From a bacterium (GTDB lineage Bacteria > Patescibacteriota > Andersenbacteria > UBA10190): 64,000 bases of DNA. The notes beneath the pieces are model-generated. The model ran no database searches. It was not told where the DNA came from and saw only the letters and a list, made by a program, of their open reading frames with translations. The position numbers were made by a program, and so were the translations under genes. The stretch spans positions 7,840 to 71,839 of the forward strand of contig JAUYKA010000033.1 in assembly GCA_030698495.1 (NCBI GenBank), in the 5' to 3' direction. Shown here in pieces: positions 18,924 to 27,229 of the stretch (the first letter of the stretch is position 1; every line of letters starts with the position of its first letter).

Positions 18924-19461
18924 ACTGTTGACGGGCTGATTTAACGGCCATTTTGACTGCTTCCTCACTGTTAGTTGCTGATTGTACTTGAATGCGTTTT
19001 CTACTGTCTAAATACTCTCCAGCTAATTTGTCAGCCCAACCGCCTGTTCCAGTCAGGGCAATTATGGGTATACCGGCTTGATAGGCAATGGCTGCCTCCG
19101 TGAGTGTTCCGGATCCGCCGCTGATTAGAATTATAGCGTCGCAACTTAGAACTAGCGTTAGTTCTCTGCCGCCGCCACGCTCAAGACCAGTAGCAATAAC
19201 CACGTCGGTGTTTTTTTCACGAATGTTTAGTCCCTTTCCGTAAGTAACACCAATGGTTAACCCACCGGATTTTTTAGCACCGCGGGCGGCGGCAGTAGAC
19301 AAGGAATCAACATCTTTTTCCGCACCAAAGACCAATACGGCACCAGCTTTAGCTAGACGAGAGCCGATATCTTCCGCAATTTCAGCGATTTTCTGGGAAT
19401 ATTTTTGATCGGCAGCTGATCCCATAACGCCTATTTGTAGTTTTCGTTGATTGGTATTCAT
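18910..19461 (-). CDS. LOG-family (TIGR00725-type Rossmann) protein, cytokinin riboside 5'-monophosphate phosphoribohydrolase-like.
   Basis: PGGxGTxxE motif (ISGGSGTLTEAA). 183 aa. Confidence 0.7.
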   Translation of the reverse strand: MNTNQRKLQIGVMGSAADQKYSQKIAEIAEDIGSRLAKAGAVLVFGAEKDVDSLSTAAARGAKKSGGLTIGVTYGKGLNIREKNTDVVIATGLERGGGRELTLVLSCDAIILISGGSGTLTEAAIAYQAGIPIIALTGTGGWADKLAGEYLDSRKRIQVQSATNSEEAVKMAVKSARQQYEQA

Positions 19462-19757
19462 CCGATTTTAGTGGTTAAGAAATAAAAAATCCTTCGCGTA
19501 AGAAGGAAATAGTATATTGTTATAAAAATACTATTTCCTTAAGAAGGATGGTTATGATGATGTAAATTGTGGATGTTTTGAATCATTGCGAATACCGGTT
19601 TTGTAAAGTTGTTTTGTTTGTTAAAGTGTACTTTAAATAGGCTGTGTGTCAAGGAGAGTGATTGACGGCACATGTTTTGTATATTAGCTTTAAGTGTTAT
19701 GACAGTTTTTGTTCGAACGTTGACAACCACAATATCTTCTGGGAAAGGGGTGTCGTT

Positions 19758-21164
19758 ATGAGTACGCCATCACAAACCGTCAAGCCGGAACTGGTAGGAG
19801 GAACAAGAGACCTGCTGCCGGCGGAGGCGTTGGCACAGAACACCGTGATTGCCAGGGTACGGAAGGTCTACGAATCCTTCGGCTTCGTGCCCTTGGAAAC
19901 GCCATGCCTGGAGAGATGGGATGTGTTGACCGGCGGCGCGCCTGACTTCAACAAGAGCCTGTTCAGAACGACTATCGTCAGGGGCTCTGAAGATGCCGGC
20001 ATTGATGCGGAGGAGCTGGGCAGCAGTGATTCAACGCTGCGTTTTGACTTGACGGTGCCTTTGGCCAGAGTTGTGTCCGCTTATCCGACTCTGCCGCGGC
20101 CGTTTAAGCGCTACCAGATAGGCCGGGTGTTCCGCGGTGAACGGCCGCAGGCGGGTCGCTTTCGGGAGTTTACTCAGTTTGATTTTGATATCGTTGGTTC
20201 CCGCTCTATCCTGGCTGACGTGGAAGTCATCCAGGTAATGTACGCGGCCATGCGCGCGTTGGGAGTTGAGGATTTTGTGATTCGTTTCAATACGCGCAAA
20301 GTCCTAAACGGATTGGCCGACTTGGTTGGTTGCACGAACGCCAAAGAGCTTCTTCGCATCATTGATAAGTTGGACAAGAAAGGTTTTGATGGCGTAGCGG
20401 AGGCTTTGCGACGTCAACCGGTCAATGAGTTTGATGATGCCGCTCTGGCTTTTTCTGATGCGCAAGTGGACCGGGTTCTCGGTTTCCTGAAACTACAGGG
20501 TGCGGATACACAAACCACACTGGCGGGATTGAAAGACCTGTTTGTCGGCACGACCAGCGAAGCGGCGGTTGAGGGTATCAAAGAGCTGACTACTATCGTG
20601 GAAATGTTGAAAGCGCTCGGTATCCCCCAAGCAAACTGGTCAGTGGATCTGTCAGTCGCCCGCGGGTTGGATTACTACAACGGTCCCGTTTTCGAGACTA
20701 GTCTGACAGACATGCCGGAATTGGGCAGTGTTTTATCGGGCGGACGGTTCGACGGACTGATGGACCGCTTTGTGCCGGGAAGCAATATTGCCGGTGTTGG
20801 CGCTTCCGTAGGCATCGACCGCATGGTAATCGGTCTGCAGAAGCTAGGCTTGTTGCCAAGCGTGAACTCGGTTACGCAAGTCCTGGTGACGGTATTCGCC
20901 GAAGAGCTGCGTACGGTGTCGCTGGTACTGGCCAGCGAGCTGCGCGACAAAGGAGCCAAGACTGAAATCTACTTTGGCGAAGACCGCACTTTGCGAGCCC
21001 AGCTGGCATACGCGACCAAGCAGGGAATCCCTTATGTAGTGATTGCCGGCCCGGAAGAGATTGAGAAAGGAACGGTGCAGCTGAAGGACATGAGCGCAAG
21101 AAAGCAGGAGGTGTTGACAAGAGATGCTTGCGCGGATACGATAATGGCCAAGCTCAATTCTTGA
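19758..21164 (+). CDS. hisS: Histidyl-tRNA synthetase.
   Basis: Class II motifs including FREFTQFDFDIVG and LSGGRFDGL. Start at the ATG with GAAAGGGG RBS at 19758. Confidence 0.85.
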   Translation: MSTPSQTVKPELVGGTRDLLPAEALAQNTVIARVRKVYESFGFVPLETPCLERWDVLTGGAPDFNKSLFRTTIVRGSEDAGIDAEELGSSDSTLRFDLTVPLARVVSAYPTLPRPFKRYQIGRVFRGERPQAGRFREFTQFDFDIVGSRSILADVEVIQVMYAAMRALGVEDFVIRFNTRKVLNGLADLVGCTNAKELLRIIDKLDKKGFDGVAEALRRQPVNEFDDAALAFSDAQVDRVLGFLKLQGADTQTTLAGLKDLFVGTTSEAAVEGIKELTTIVEMLKALGIPQANWSVDLSVARGLDYYNGPVFETSLTDMPELGSVLSGGRFDGLMDRFVPGSNIAGVGASVGIDRMVIGLQKLGLLPSVNSVTQVLVTVFAEELRTVSLVLASELRDKGAKTEIYFGEDRTLRAQLAYATKQGIPYVVIAGPEEIEKGTVQLKDMSARKQEVLTRDACADTIMAKLNS

Positions 21165-21185
21165 ATTTGTTCTCTATATGAAGGT

Positions 21186-21259
21186 GGGTACGTGGCTCAA
21201 TTGGTTAGAGCGCGAGGTTGTGACCCTCGAGGTTACGGGTTCGAATCCCGTCGTACCCC
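21186..21259 (+). tRNA. tRNA-His (anticodon GTG), immediately downstream of hisS.
   Basis: Cloverleaf read manually. Acceptor GGGTACG/CGTACCC, D-arm GCTC-AATTGGTTA-GAGC, anticodon arm CGAGG-TTGTGAC-CCTCG, T-arm ACGGG-TTCGAAT-CCCGT. CCA is not encoded. Confidence 0.8.
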
Positions 21260-21269
21260 CTTCTCTTTC

Positions 21270-21295
21270 AACTCGCCTTGTGCGAGTTTTTTTGT
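21270..21295 (+). terminator. Terminator after tRNA-His.
   Basis: aactcgc-cttgt-gcgagtt followed by a T7 run. Confidence 0.7.
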
Positions 21296-21300
21296 TTATA

Positions 21301-21338
21301 TAAAAAGAAAAGCCGTAAGTAGGGTTTTACTTACGGCC
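21301..21338 (-). terminator. Terminator for the minus-strand amidohydrolase gene.
   Basis: gccgtaagta/acttacggc stem with a T-run on the minus strand. Confidence 0.6.
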
Positions 21339-21349
21339 ATGAAGGTCGG

Positions 21350-22189
21350 TTATCGGTCGAATAGCAAGGTTGCATTTTCCCAAAATACTAATTTCTGCTC
21401 TCGCTCGTTCATCGGCAGTGTTTTCACTGCTGCCAGATATTCCTTTTGGCTGTAGAGAGGCCAATCAGTGCCAAAAAGGCACTTGCTGAACCCTCCGGCA
21501 ATGTTGGCAAAAGTAGTCATAGCTCCTTGAAATTCTACGAGTTCCGTTGATAAGACTGTCTTGTATTCCGTAAAGAAACCAGACAAGTCAACATATAGAT
21601 TATTGTGTTTCGCAATAGCTTTAGCGGTTTCTTGTACCCACGGGTTACCAAAGTGCGCCATAATTATCTTAAGATCAGGATGTTGTTCGGCTAGTGCTTC
21701 AATGTTTCTTGGGTGTGTTTGCTCTTGGTTGCCAAGTGTTCCTTCTTGGAGAAATCCTGTGTGAAAAATGACAGGAACCCGCAATGTAGCGCAGAGCTTG
21801 TAGATTGTTTGCGGTCTTTGGTCGACAGGAAAGTAGTTTTCGTATCCAGGATAGAACTTTACGCCACAAATAGCTTTGGTTTCAATTTGCTGACATATCT
21901 CGTGCTCTTGTTGGGCCGCTTCGCGTCTTAGGGAAAAATTGCCTACAACTTTAAGACGAGGATTATTAGCGCATTGTTTGATGGCTTCGTCGGAAGATAC
22001 ACCTTGCCAGTCGTCCCCGCTGTCAAAATCGTCTGAAACTACAATAGAAATTGCAATTCCCGCATTATCCATTGAGTCTTGTAAGTCTTGTGCGGTTACT
22101 ATTTGATAATCCTTGCCAATTGCTCCTATATGCACATGAGAGTCAATAACGAGAGTGGGCGCTTTTTTCTCTTGGCTTGATAAATCCAT
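21350..22189 (-). CDS. Amidohydrolase-2 family metal-dependent hydrolase (TIM barrel).
   Basis: IDSHVHIG motif. Paralogue (about 55% identity by eye) of 35389..36201. Confidence 0.65.
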   Translation of the reverse strand: MDLSSQEKKAPTLVIDSHVHIGAIGKDYQIVTAQDLQDSMDNAGIAISIVVSDDFDSGDDWQGVSSDEAIKQCANNPRLKVVGNFSLRREAAQQEHEICQQIETKAICGVKFYPGYENYFPVDQRPQTIYKLCATLRVPVIFHTGFLQEGTLGNQEQTHPRNIEALAEQHPDLKIIMAHFGNPWVQETAKAIAKHNNLYVDLSGFFTEYKTVLSTELVEFQGAMTTFANIAGGFSKCLFGTDWPLYSQKEYLAAVKTLPMNEREQKLVFWENATLLFDR

Positions 22190-22281
22190 GGTATTTCTCC
22201 ATGTGTTTCGGTTTTTTGTTGTGAACGTACAGAAATAAATATTTACAGCCAGTTATGATAACAAGTTTTTAAAATAATACC

Positions 22282-22355
22282 AATGGCAATGCCGACGAAT
22301 GGGAATCGCAGGTGCTGGACTTTGATCACGGGATTTTGCTGGCGGTGCGGGGGTA
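22282..22355 (+). repeat. 68-bp repeat, copy 3.
   Basis: Direct repeat of 16088-16163. Confidence 0.8.
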
Positions 22356-22361
22356 AATCAA

Positions 22362-22883
22362 TTAGCGGTAAACGGCTATCAGTTGCTGGATTATCATGTC
22401 TTCCCATGTGGTGATTTGGTTTGTTTTGAAGTCAAACCAGACACGCAGGAAGTCGGCGCGGGTGATGGCGCGCATTTTGCCTATTTCCGGGTCCTGTAAA
22501 TAAATTTTCTGATCATCGAGACCGACAACGACCGAATAGTGGCCGTCGGGTACTTCGGAATCGCCGTAGTCGGAGCGGCCGCGAGTGAACCAATTAACGA
22601 TAACCGGCACTTTTTTGTCGAGCCAGTGTTGAATGTCGTCAAACGAAGCCTCGTTCTGAATGGTTACTGTGAAGCCGTAAGTCTCGGCGGTTTGTCTGAT
22701 AGCCGCGTCATCAATGCCTATCTCCGGATCGCGGCCGCAGAGCCGGGCTAATTCTTCTTCGCTTTTGGCTACGCCATAGTAGTCTAATACCATCTTTAAA
22801 CTGGCCGGACCGCAGTAACTACCATGCAGGGTTTCCTGAAAGGGTTTGACTGTAAGTAGTGGTGTTTTGAGACTCTTTGCCAT
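22362..22883 (-). CDS. Peptidase C39-like (papain-fold) domain protein.
   Basis: HGSYCGPASLKMVLDYYG active-site Cys region, and a downstream DGHYSVVVG His. Confidence 0.6.
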   Translation of the reverse strand: MAKSLKTPLLTVKPFQETLHGSYCGPASLKMVLDYYGVAKSEEELARLCGRDPEIGIDDAAIRQTAETYGFTVTIQNEASFDDIQHWLDKKVPVIVNWFTRGRSDYGDSEVPDGHYSVVVGLDDQKIYLQDPEIGKMRAITRADFLRVWFDFKTNQITTWEDMIIQQLIAVYR

Positions 22884-22919
22884 ACTTTAATATTAACTTA
22901 AGACTATTATAACAAAATT

Positions 22920-23240
22920 ATGGAATTCGCAGACATAATTGCCAAGGCCAAGGATATTCGGGCGGCATACGAAAAGTACGAGAAAAAGACATATGGTAAA
23001 ACATGGAGTGAGGCGAATATTGCCGAGGGCTTTGTCGGCGATGTCGGCGATTTGATGAAATTAGTGCTGGCTAAGCAGGGCGTGAGGCAGATAGAAAATG
23101 TTGATGAAAAGCTGGCGCATGAATTATCTGATTGCTTATGGTCTATTATTGTTTTGGCTGATTTGTACAGTGTTGATTTGGAAGAGTCTTTTTTAAAAAC
23201 TATGAACGAAGTGGAAGCGAGAATTGATGATAACGGCTAA
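22920..23240 (+). CDS. MazG-like nucleotide pyrophosphohydrolase (small all-alpha NTP-PPase).
   Basis: 106 aa with EGFVGDVGDLMK and AHELSDCLW acidic motifs. Confidence 0.55.
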   Translation: MEFADIIAKAKDIRAAYEKYEKKTYGKTWSEANIAEGFVGDVGDLMKLVLAKQGVRQIENVDEKLAHELSDCLWSIIVLADLYSVDLEESFLKTMNEVEARIDDNG

Positions 23241-23270
23241 TTTTTTTATTAAGCGTAAACATCTATACCT

Positions 23271-23855
23271 ATGAAACAAAGCGGAAGTTCCAAGAAAACA
23301 ATCAGACGCTGGCGGATTAAAAGCTCGAAATATATTTTAAGAGATCGTTGGTTGAAAGTTCGCGCCGATGAATGTATTACCGATGATGGTGTTGTTATTT
23401 CGCCATATTATGTTCTTGAATATCCGGATTGGATTCACTTGGTCGTGCTGAACGATAAAGATGAAATCATGATAGCCCGGCAATATCGGCACGCTCTCGG
23501 TAAAATTAATTATGAGTTGCCTTGCGGTACTATTGATGCGACTGATAAAACGCCAATAGCGGCCGCTAAAAGAGAGTTATTAGAGGAAACCGGTTTCGCC
23601 GGAAAGTTTATAAAGGTTGCTAAAATGTCCGCAAACCCCGCAACACACGCCAATTTTATTCATATTTTTCTAGTCACCGATCCGGTAAAGAAATCGCGTC
23701 CGCAAGAAGACCCAAAAGAAGTGCTTGATTTTGAGTTTATGAGTCTTAAACGGGTTCTTGATTTAATAGACCGGGGCAAATTTAGTCAGGCTTTGCATTT
23801 GAATAGTATCGTGCTAGCTATGCGCAAGGCAGGTAAAACTACTTTGAGTTTGTAA
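23271..23855 (+). CDS. NUDIX hydrolase.
   Basis: Nudix box GTIDATDKTPIAAAKRELLEETGF. Confidence 0.8.
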   Translation: MKQSGSSKKTIRRWRIKSSKYILRDRWLKVRADECITDDGVVISPYYVLEYPDWIHLVVLNDKDEIMIARQYRHALGKINYELPCGTIDATDKTPIAAAKRELLEETGFAGKFIKVAKMSANPATHANFIHIFLVTDPVKKSRPQEDPKEVLDFEFMSLKRVLDLIDRGKFSQALHLNSIVLAMRKAGKTTLSL

Positions 23856-23863
23856 TACAGACT

Positions 23864-24256
23864 ATGAAAAAGAGCGTAAATACAATTATGCAAAATGGCG
23901 AGGGGAAGTATTTGCTGCAGATGCGGGACGGGGTAGAGGGTATTTGTAATCCACTGAAGTGGAATTTCTTTGGCGGCGGTGTTGTTGGTGGAGAGAAGCC
24001 GGTTGCGGCCGCGGCGCGGGAGACGCAGGAGGAGTTGGGAATTGAGGTAAAACAGAATGATTTTGAATTATTGGGTGAGCTGCGGCCGCGGGATGATCGG
24101 TTGGTGTATGTGGTTCGATATAAGCCGAAATTGGAGTGGAGTGACTTTACGGTAAAAGAAGGCGCGGGAGCCGGGTTTTTTGCCCAAAACGAGCTGCTGC
24201 GAATCGATATTACCGACGTTACGCGAAGGCTGGCGGAGAAGTTTTTGCGAAATTAG
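23864..24256 (+). CDS. NUDIX hydrolase.
   Basis: Nudix box GGGVVGGEKPVAAAARETQEELGI. Confidence 0.8.
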   Translation: MKKSVNTIMQNGEGKYLLQMRDGVEGICNPLKWNFFGGGVVGGEKPVAAAARETQEELGIEVKQNDFELLGELRPRDDRLVYVVRYKPKLEWSDFTVKEGAGAGFFAQNELLRIDITDVTRRLAEKFLRN

Positions 24257-24311
24257 CAAAGAATAAGCACTGCAAGCTAGGTTTAACCTATGTTGCAGTT
24301 CTTCTTTTGAG

Positions 24312-24670
24312 AGTTGGATAATTTCTGTTTCGCCGGATGCCGGCTCTTCGGACCGGAATGACATAATGCGTTTGGCAACAAGTTTGGCTTGGTATAGACT
24401 AAAATTGCATTTTTGTTTCTGGTGCCAGCGTAAATGAAGCAACAAATCCAGTTGTGTTTTTATATCTATGAAAAAATTGTAATGGTATTTAATCATGCAT
24501 TAAATGATAAAAGATTATTAAAGAAAAAACACGACATCCTTGTCGTGCTTGGGGGCGTTGGTTCACCGTGGCGTGTCCTTGCCGCGACATGGCGGAGGGG
24601 GACATTGGCACTTGCCGACGATCTTACCGTTCGTGATTCCTCTGGGTCGATGTTTGGGCACAATCTTTGT
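24312..24670 (+). repeat. Composite repeat: element A (24312-24420) joined to element B (24420-24670).
   Basis: The A part recurs at 27107-27215 and the B part at 2583-2830. Confidence 0.8.
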
Positions 24671-24814
24671 GCTCATTCTGGTGGTTAGTACCCTCCTTTC
24701 AACGAGGGTTGTTTTGTTAAGACTTAAAGTACGCTTCGGCCGGCGTCCGGTAATTAAGGGATTGGTGCAGCCGCTCGTGGTTGTAGAAGCGGCTACACTA
24801 TACGGGAGTCTCAT

Positions 24815-25585
24815 ATGTATCTGAACTTAGGCGCCCCACTAGCTTTCTTTCGTGTAAAGGCTAGAATGTTAGTGGGTTTTATTGCTATGAAATATCCGAT
24901 TATTAACTTTAAATTTGATCAATCGCTAGACCAAGACGTTGCTTGGATGTTTTACAATAATCAAGAATTCGGAGGCACCCATTTTTGGAGCGAAAGAGCC
25001 CTGGTATATCATCCGGTTCTTCAAAACATGGATAGGGTTAAGGGCCCCAAAAAATTTCTTAATCAATATATTGCTGATTTTTACAGTTCTCACGCTAATG
25101 AGCTTAAGCTATTAGGCGATGATATTGTCGAGGGTTTTCAGCAAGTACAAGATAGCTACTTTTCATTAGTTGATAAAATTTTTAAGGGTTATCCTTGGCC
25201 AAGAAAAGAATTTACCGGCTGTTTTTCCATATTTGATTTTTGCCCTCGCTTTCTTGATTGGGGTGGGTTTCAAGTCAGTCTTTTTGATAAAAAAGAACAT
25301 CAGTTATATGTGATTTTTCACGAGATGGTGCACTTTATTTTTTATGATTACGCGCAAATAAATTTCCCTGACACGCTAGGACAGATGGATACAGACGAAG
25401 GTAAGTTTTGGGATTTGGCAGAAGTATTTAATGTGGTAGTACAAAGCTTGGATGATTTTAAGCGATTGCAGGGCAAAGTTGACTCTATGGGATACCCTGA
25501 CCATAAATCATTGATACTGAAAGGCAAAAATTTATGGGCAAAGAATCCAGATGTGCGTCAATGGATTTTGGATATGATGGCATAG
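24815..25585 (+). CDS. Hypothetical protein with an HExxH motif (IFHEMVHFIF).
   Basis: 256-aa ORF with GGGAG RBS. No family recognised beyond the putative zinc-binding motif. Confidence 0.45.
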   Translation: MYLNLGAPLAFFRVKARMLVGFIAMKYPIINFKFDQSLDQDVAWMFYNNQEFGGTHFWSERALVYHPVLQNMDRVKGPKKFLNQYIADFYSSHANELKLLGDDIVEGFQQVQDSYFSLVDKIFKGYPWPRKEFTGCFSIFDFCPRFLDWGGFQVSLFDKKEHQLYVIFHEMVHFIFYDYAQINFPDTLGQMDTDEGKFWDLAEVFNVVVQSLDDFKRLQGKVDSMGYPDHKSLILKGKNLWAKNPDVRQWILDMMA

Positions 25586-25639
25586 CATTACACTCGCCGA
25601 TAACGCGGTGGATTACGGCCCCCTGATGCAAGACTTTAT

Positions 25640-25730
25640 CGACCGGCTTTACTAAAGAAGAGTTGCTAAAGCTGGATATTACGGACGCTACGCGGATGCT
25701 GGTGAAGAAATATTTGTAGGATTTGCGGCA
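25640..25730 (+). pseudogene. Remnant of a NUDIX-hydrolase C-terminus.
   Basis: Translates to TGFTKEELLKLDITDATRMLVKKYL*, homologous to the C-terminus (AGFFAQNELLRIDITDVTRRLAEKFL) of the NUDIX gene at 23864..24256. No upstream body. Confidence 0.55.
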
Positions 25731-25812
25731 TAAAGCACTCCTTTACTTTTTTGTGGCAATATGATAATATTAGAACTGTAATCTAGGTTTAAACTATACT
25801 ACAGTTCTAATT

Positions 25813-26397
25813 ATGAATAAAGGAGACTATATTTCAGCAATATTACGGGCCAAGGGGACGGTTTTTACGGCTAGTGAGATAATGCTGATATGGAACGAGA
25901 CAGGAAGTGCCGCGGCCAGAGCAAGGATAAATTATTATGCTAGGAACGGCGATATTTACCGAATTCGACGCGGTATTTATGCAAAAGATAAGGATTATAA
26001 CCGCCGCGAGCTGGCTACTAAAGTTTATATTCCCTCTTATGTTAGTTTCGAGACGGTGCTGGCAGAAGCGGGTATAATTTCTCAATTTTACAAGCAGATT
26101 TTTGTTGCTTCATATTTGTCGCGTGAATTGGAAATTGGTGGACAAAAATATGCATACAAGCATATTAAAGACGAAATTCTTACTAATCCGTCCGGTATTG
26201 TTAATGACAGCACTTTTTCGACAGCTTCCGCAGAACGGGCTTTTTTGGATGTACTTTATTTAAATGTGGATTATCATTTTGATAACCTGCGCCCGTTGAA
26301 TTGGGAAAGGGTGTTTGAATTGTTGCCTATTTATGGCGGCATACGCCGCATGGAAGAAGTAGTGAGAAAAATTTACAAATCGTATCAGACGGAATAA
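25813..26397 (+). CDS. AbiEi-like antitoxin/transcriptional regulator (type IV TA / abortive infection).
   Basis: N-terminal wHTH-like region. Immediately upstream, same strand, of a DUF1814/AbiEii nucleotidyltransferase. Confidence 0.5.
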   Translation: MNKGDYISAILRAKGTVFTASEIMLIWNETGSAAARARINYYARNGDIYRIRRGIYAKDKDYNRRELATKVYIPSYVSFETVLAEAGIISQFYKQIFVASYLSRELEIGGQKYAYKHIKDEILTNPSGIVNDSTFSTASAERAFLDVLYLNVDYHFDNLRPLNWERVFELLPIYGGIRRMEEVVRKIYKSYQTE

Positions 26398-26401
26398 AAA
26401 T

Positions 26402-27103
26402 ATGTCTCTTGATATTGCCATTCATAGAAGCGTGTTAATAAAGATACTGAAGGATATTTATACGGATTCCTCTTTGGGCCCCAGTTTGGGTTTTAAGGGG
26501 GGTACGGCGGTATATTTGTTTTATAATCTAAATCGCTTTTCGGTTGATTTGGATTTTGATTTGCTGACTGTTGATGAAGAAGGTTATGTTTTTGAGCGTG
26601 TGAAGAAAATTCTAAAAAAGTACGGGTTGGTAAAAGATGCGGTGAAAAAAAGATATAACTTGTTTTTTATGATGGCTTACGATGATAAAGTCCCCGGAGC
26701 ACAGAATATAAAAGTGGAGATTAACCGACGGGATTTCGGCTCAAAGTATGAGTCAAAAAGTTATTTGGGGATTCCGGTAAAGGTAATGGTGCGGGAAGAT
26801 ATGGCGGCACACAAGTTGGTGGCGATGCTGGAGCGCATTGGCCGGACTAATCGTGATATTTATGATGTTTTTTTCTTTTTGCAAAACGATTGGCCGATAA
26901 ATAAATCAATAGTGGAGGCTCGCACCGGGCTTGGATGGAATGAATATCTGAAAAAGGTGATTGATAAATTAGAGAAGTTGGCGAATCGCAACATTTTGGC
27001 CGGCATGGGCGAATTACTGGACGAAAAGCAAAAAGCATGGGTTAAGGAGAATTTAAAAAGAGAGGTCGTTTTTCTATTGAAGTTGAAGCTGGAGAAGGAG
27101 TAA
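26402..27103 (+). CDS. AbiEii/AbiGii-family nucleotidyltransferase toxin (DUF1814).
   Basis: GFKGGTAVYLFYNLNRFSVDLDFD motif. Confidence 0.65.
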   Translation: MSLDIAIHRSVLIKILKDIYTDSSLGPSLGFKGGTAVYLFYNLNRFSVDLDFDLLTVDEEGYVFERVKKILKKYGLVKDAVKKRYNLFFMMAYDDKVPGAQNIKVEINRRDFGSKYESKSYLGIPVKVMVREDMAAHKLVAMLERIGRTNRDIYDVFFFLQNDWPINKSIVEARTGLGWNEYLKKVIDKLEKLANRNILAGMGELLDEKQKAWVKENLKREVVFLLKLKLEKE

Positions 27104-27106
27104 AAT

Positions 27107-27215
27107 TTTCTGTTTCGCCGGATGCCGGCTCTTCTGACCGGAATGACATAATGAGTTTGGCTAAACGTTTGGCTTGTTATAGACTTTAATTGCATTTTTG
27201 TTTCTTTGACAATTT
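27107..27215 (+). repeat. Repeat element A, second copy, ending in TTGACA just upstream of the lectin gene.
   Basis: About 90% identical to 24312-24420. Confidence 0.75.
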
Positions 27216-27229
27216 GCGGAGGAAGAGCG

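Noticed and set aside
19462-19757. T-box riboswitch upstream of hisS (also checked upstream of valS at 46579-46900).
   Set aside because: No specifier-loop or T-box consensus (AATTAGGGTGGNACCGCG) was found.
24068-24496. 142-aa minus-strand ORF starting in repeat B (copy 2).
   Set aside because: Beyond the repeat-encoded first roughly 25 codons it overlaps the well-supported NUDIX gene 23864..24256 on the opposite strand. Only the repeat-derived 5' part is noteworthy.
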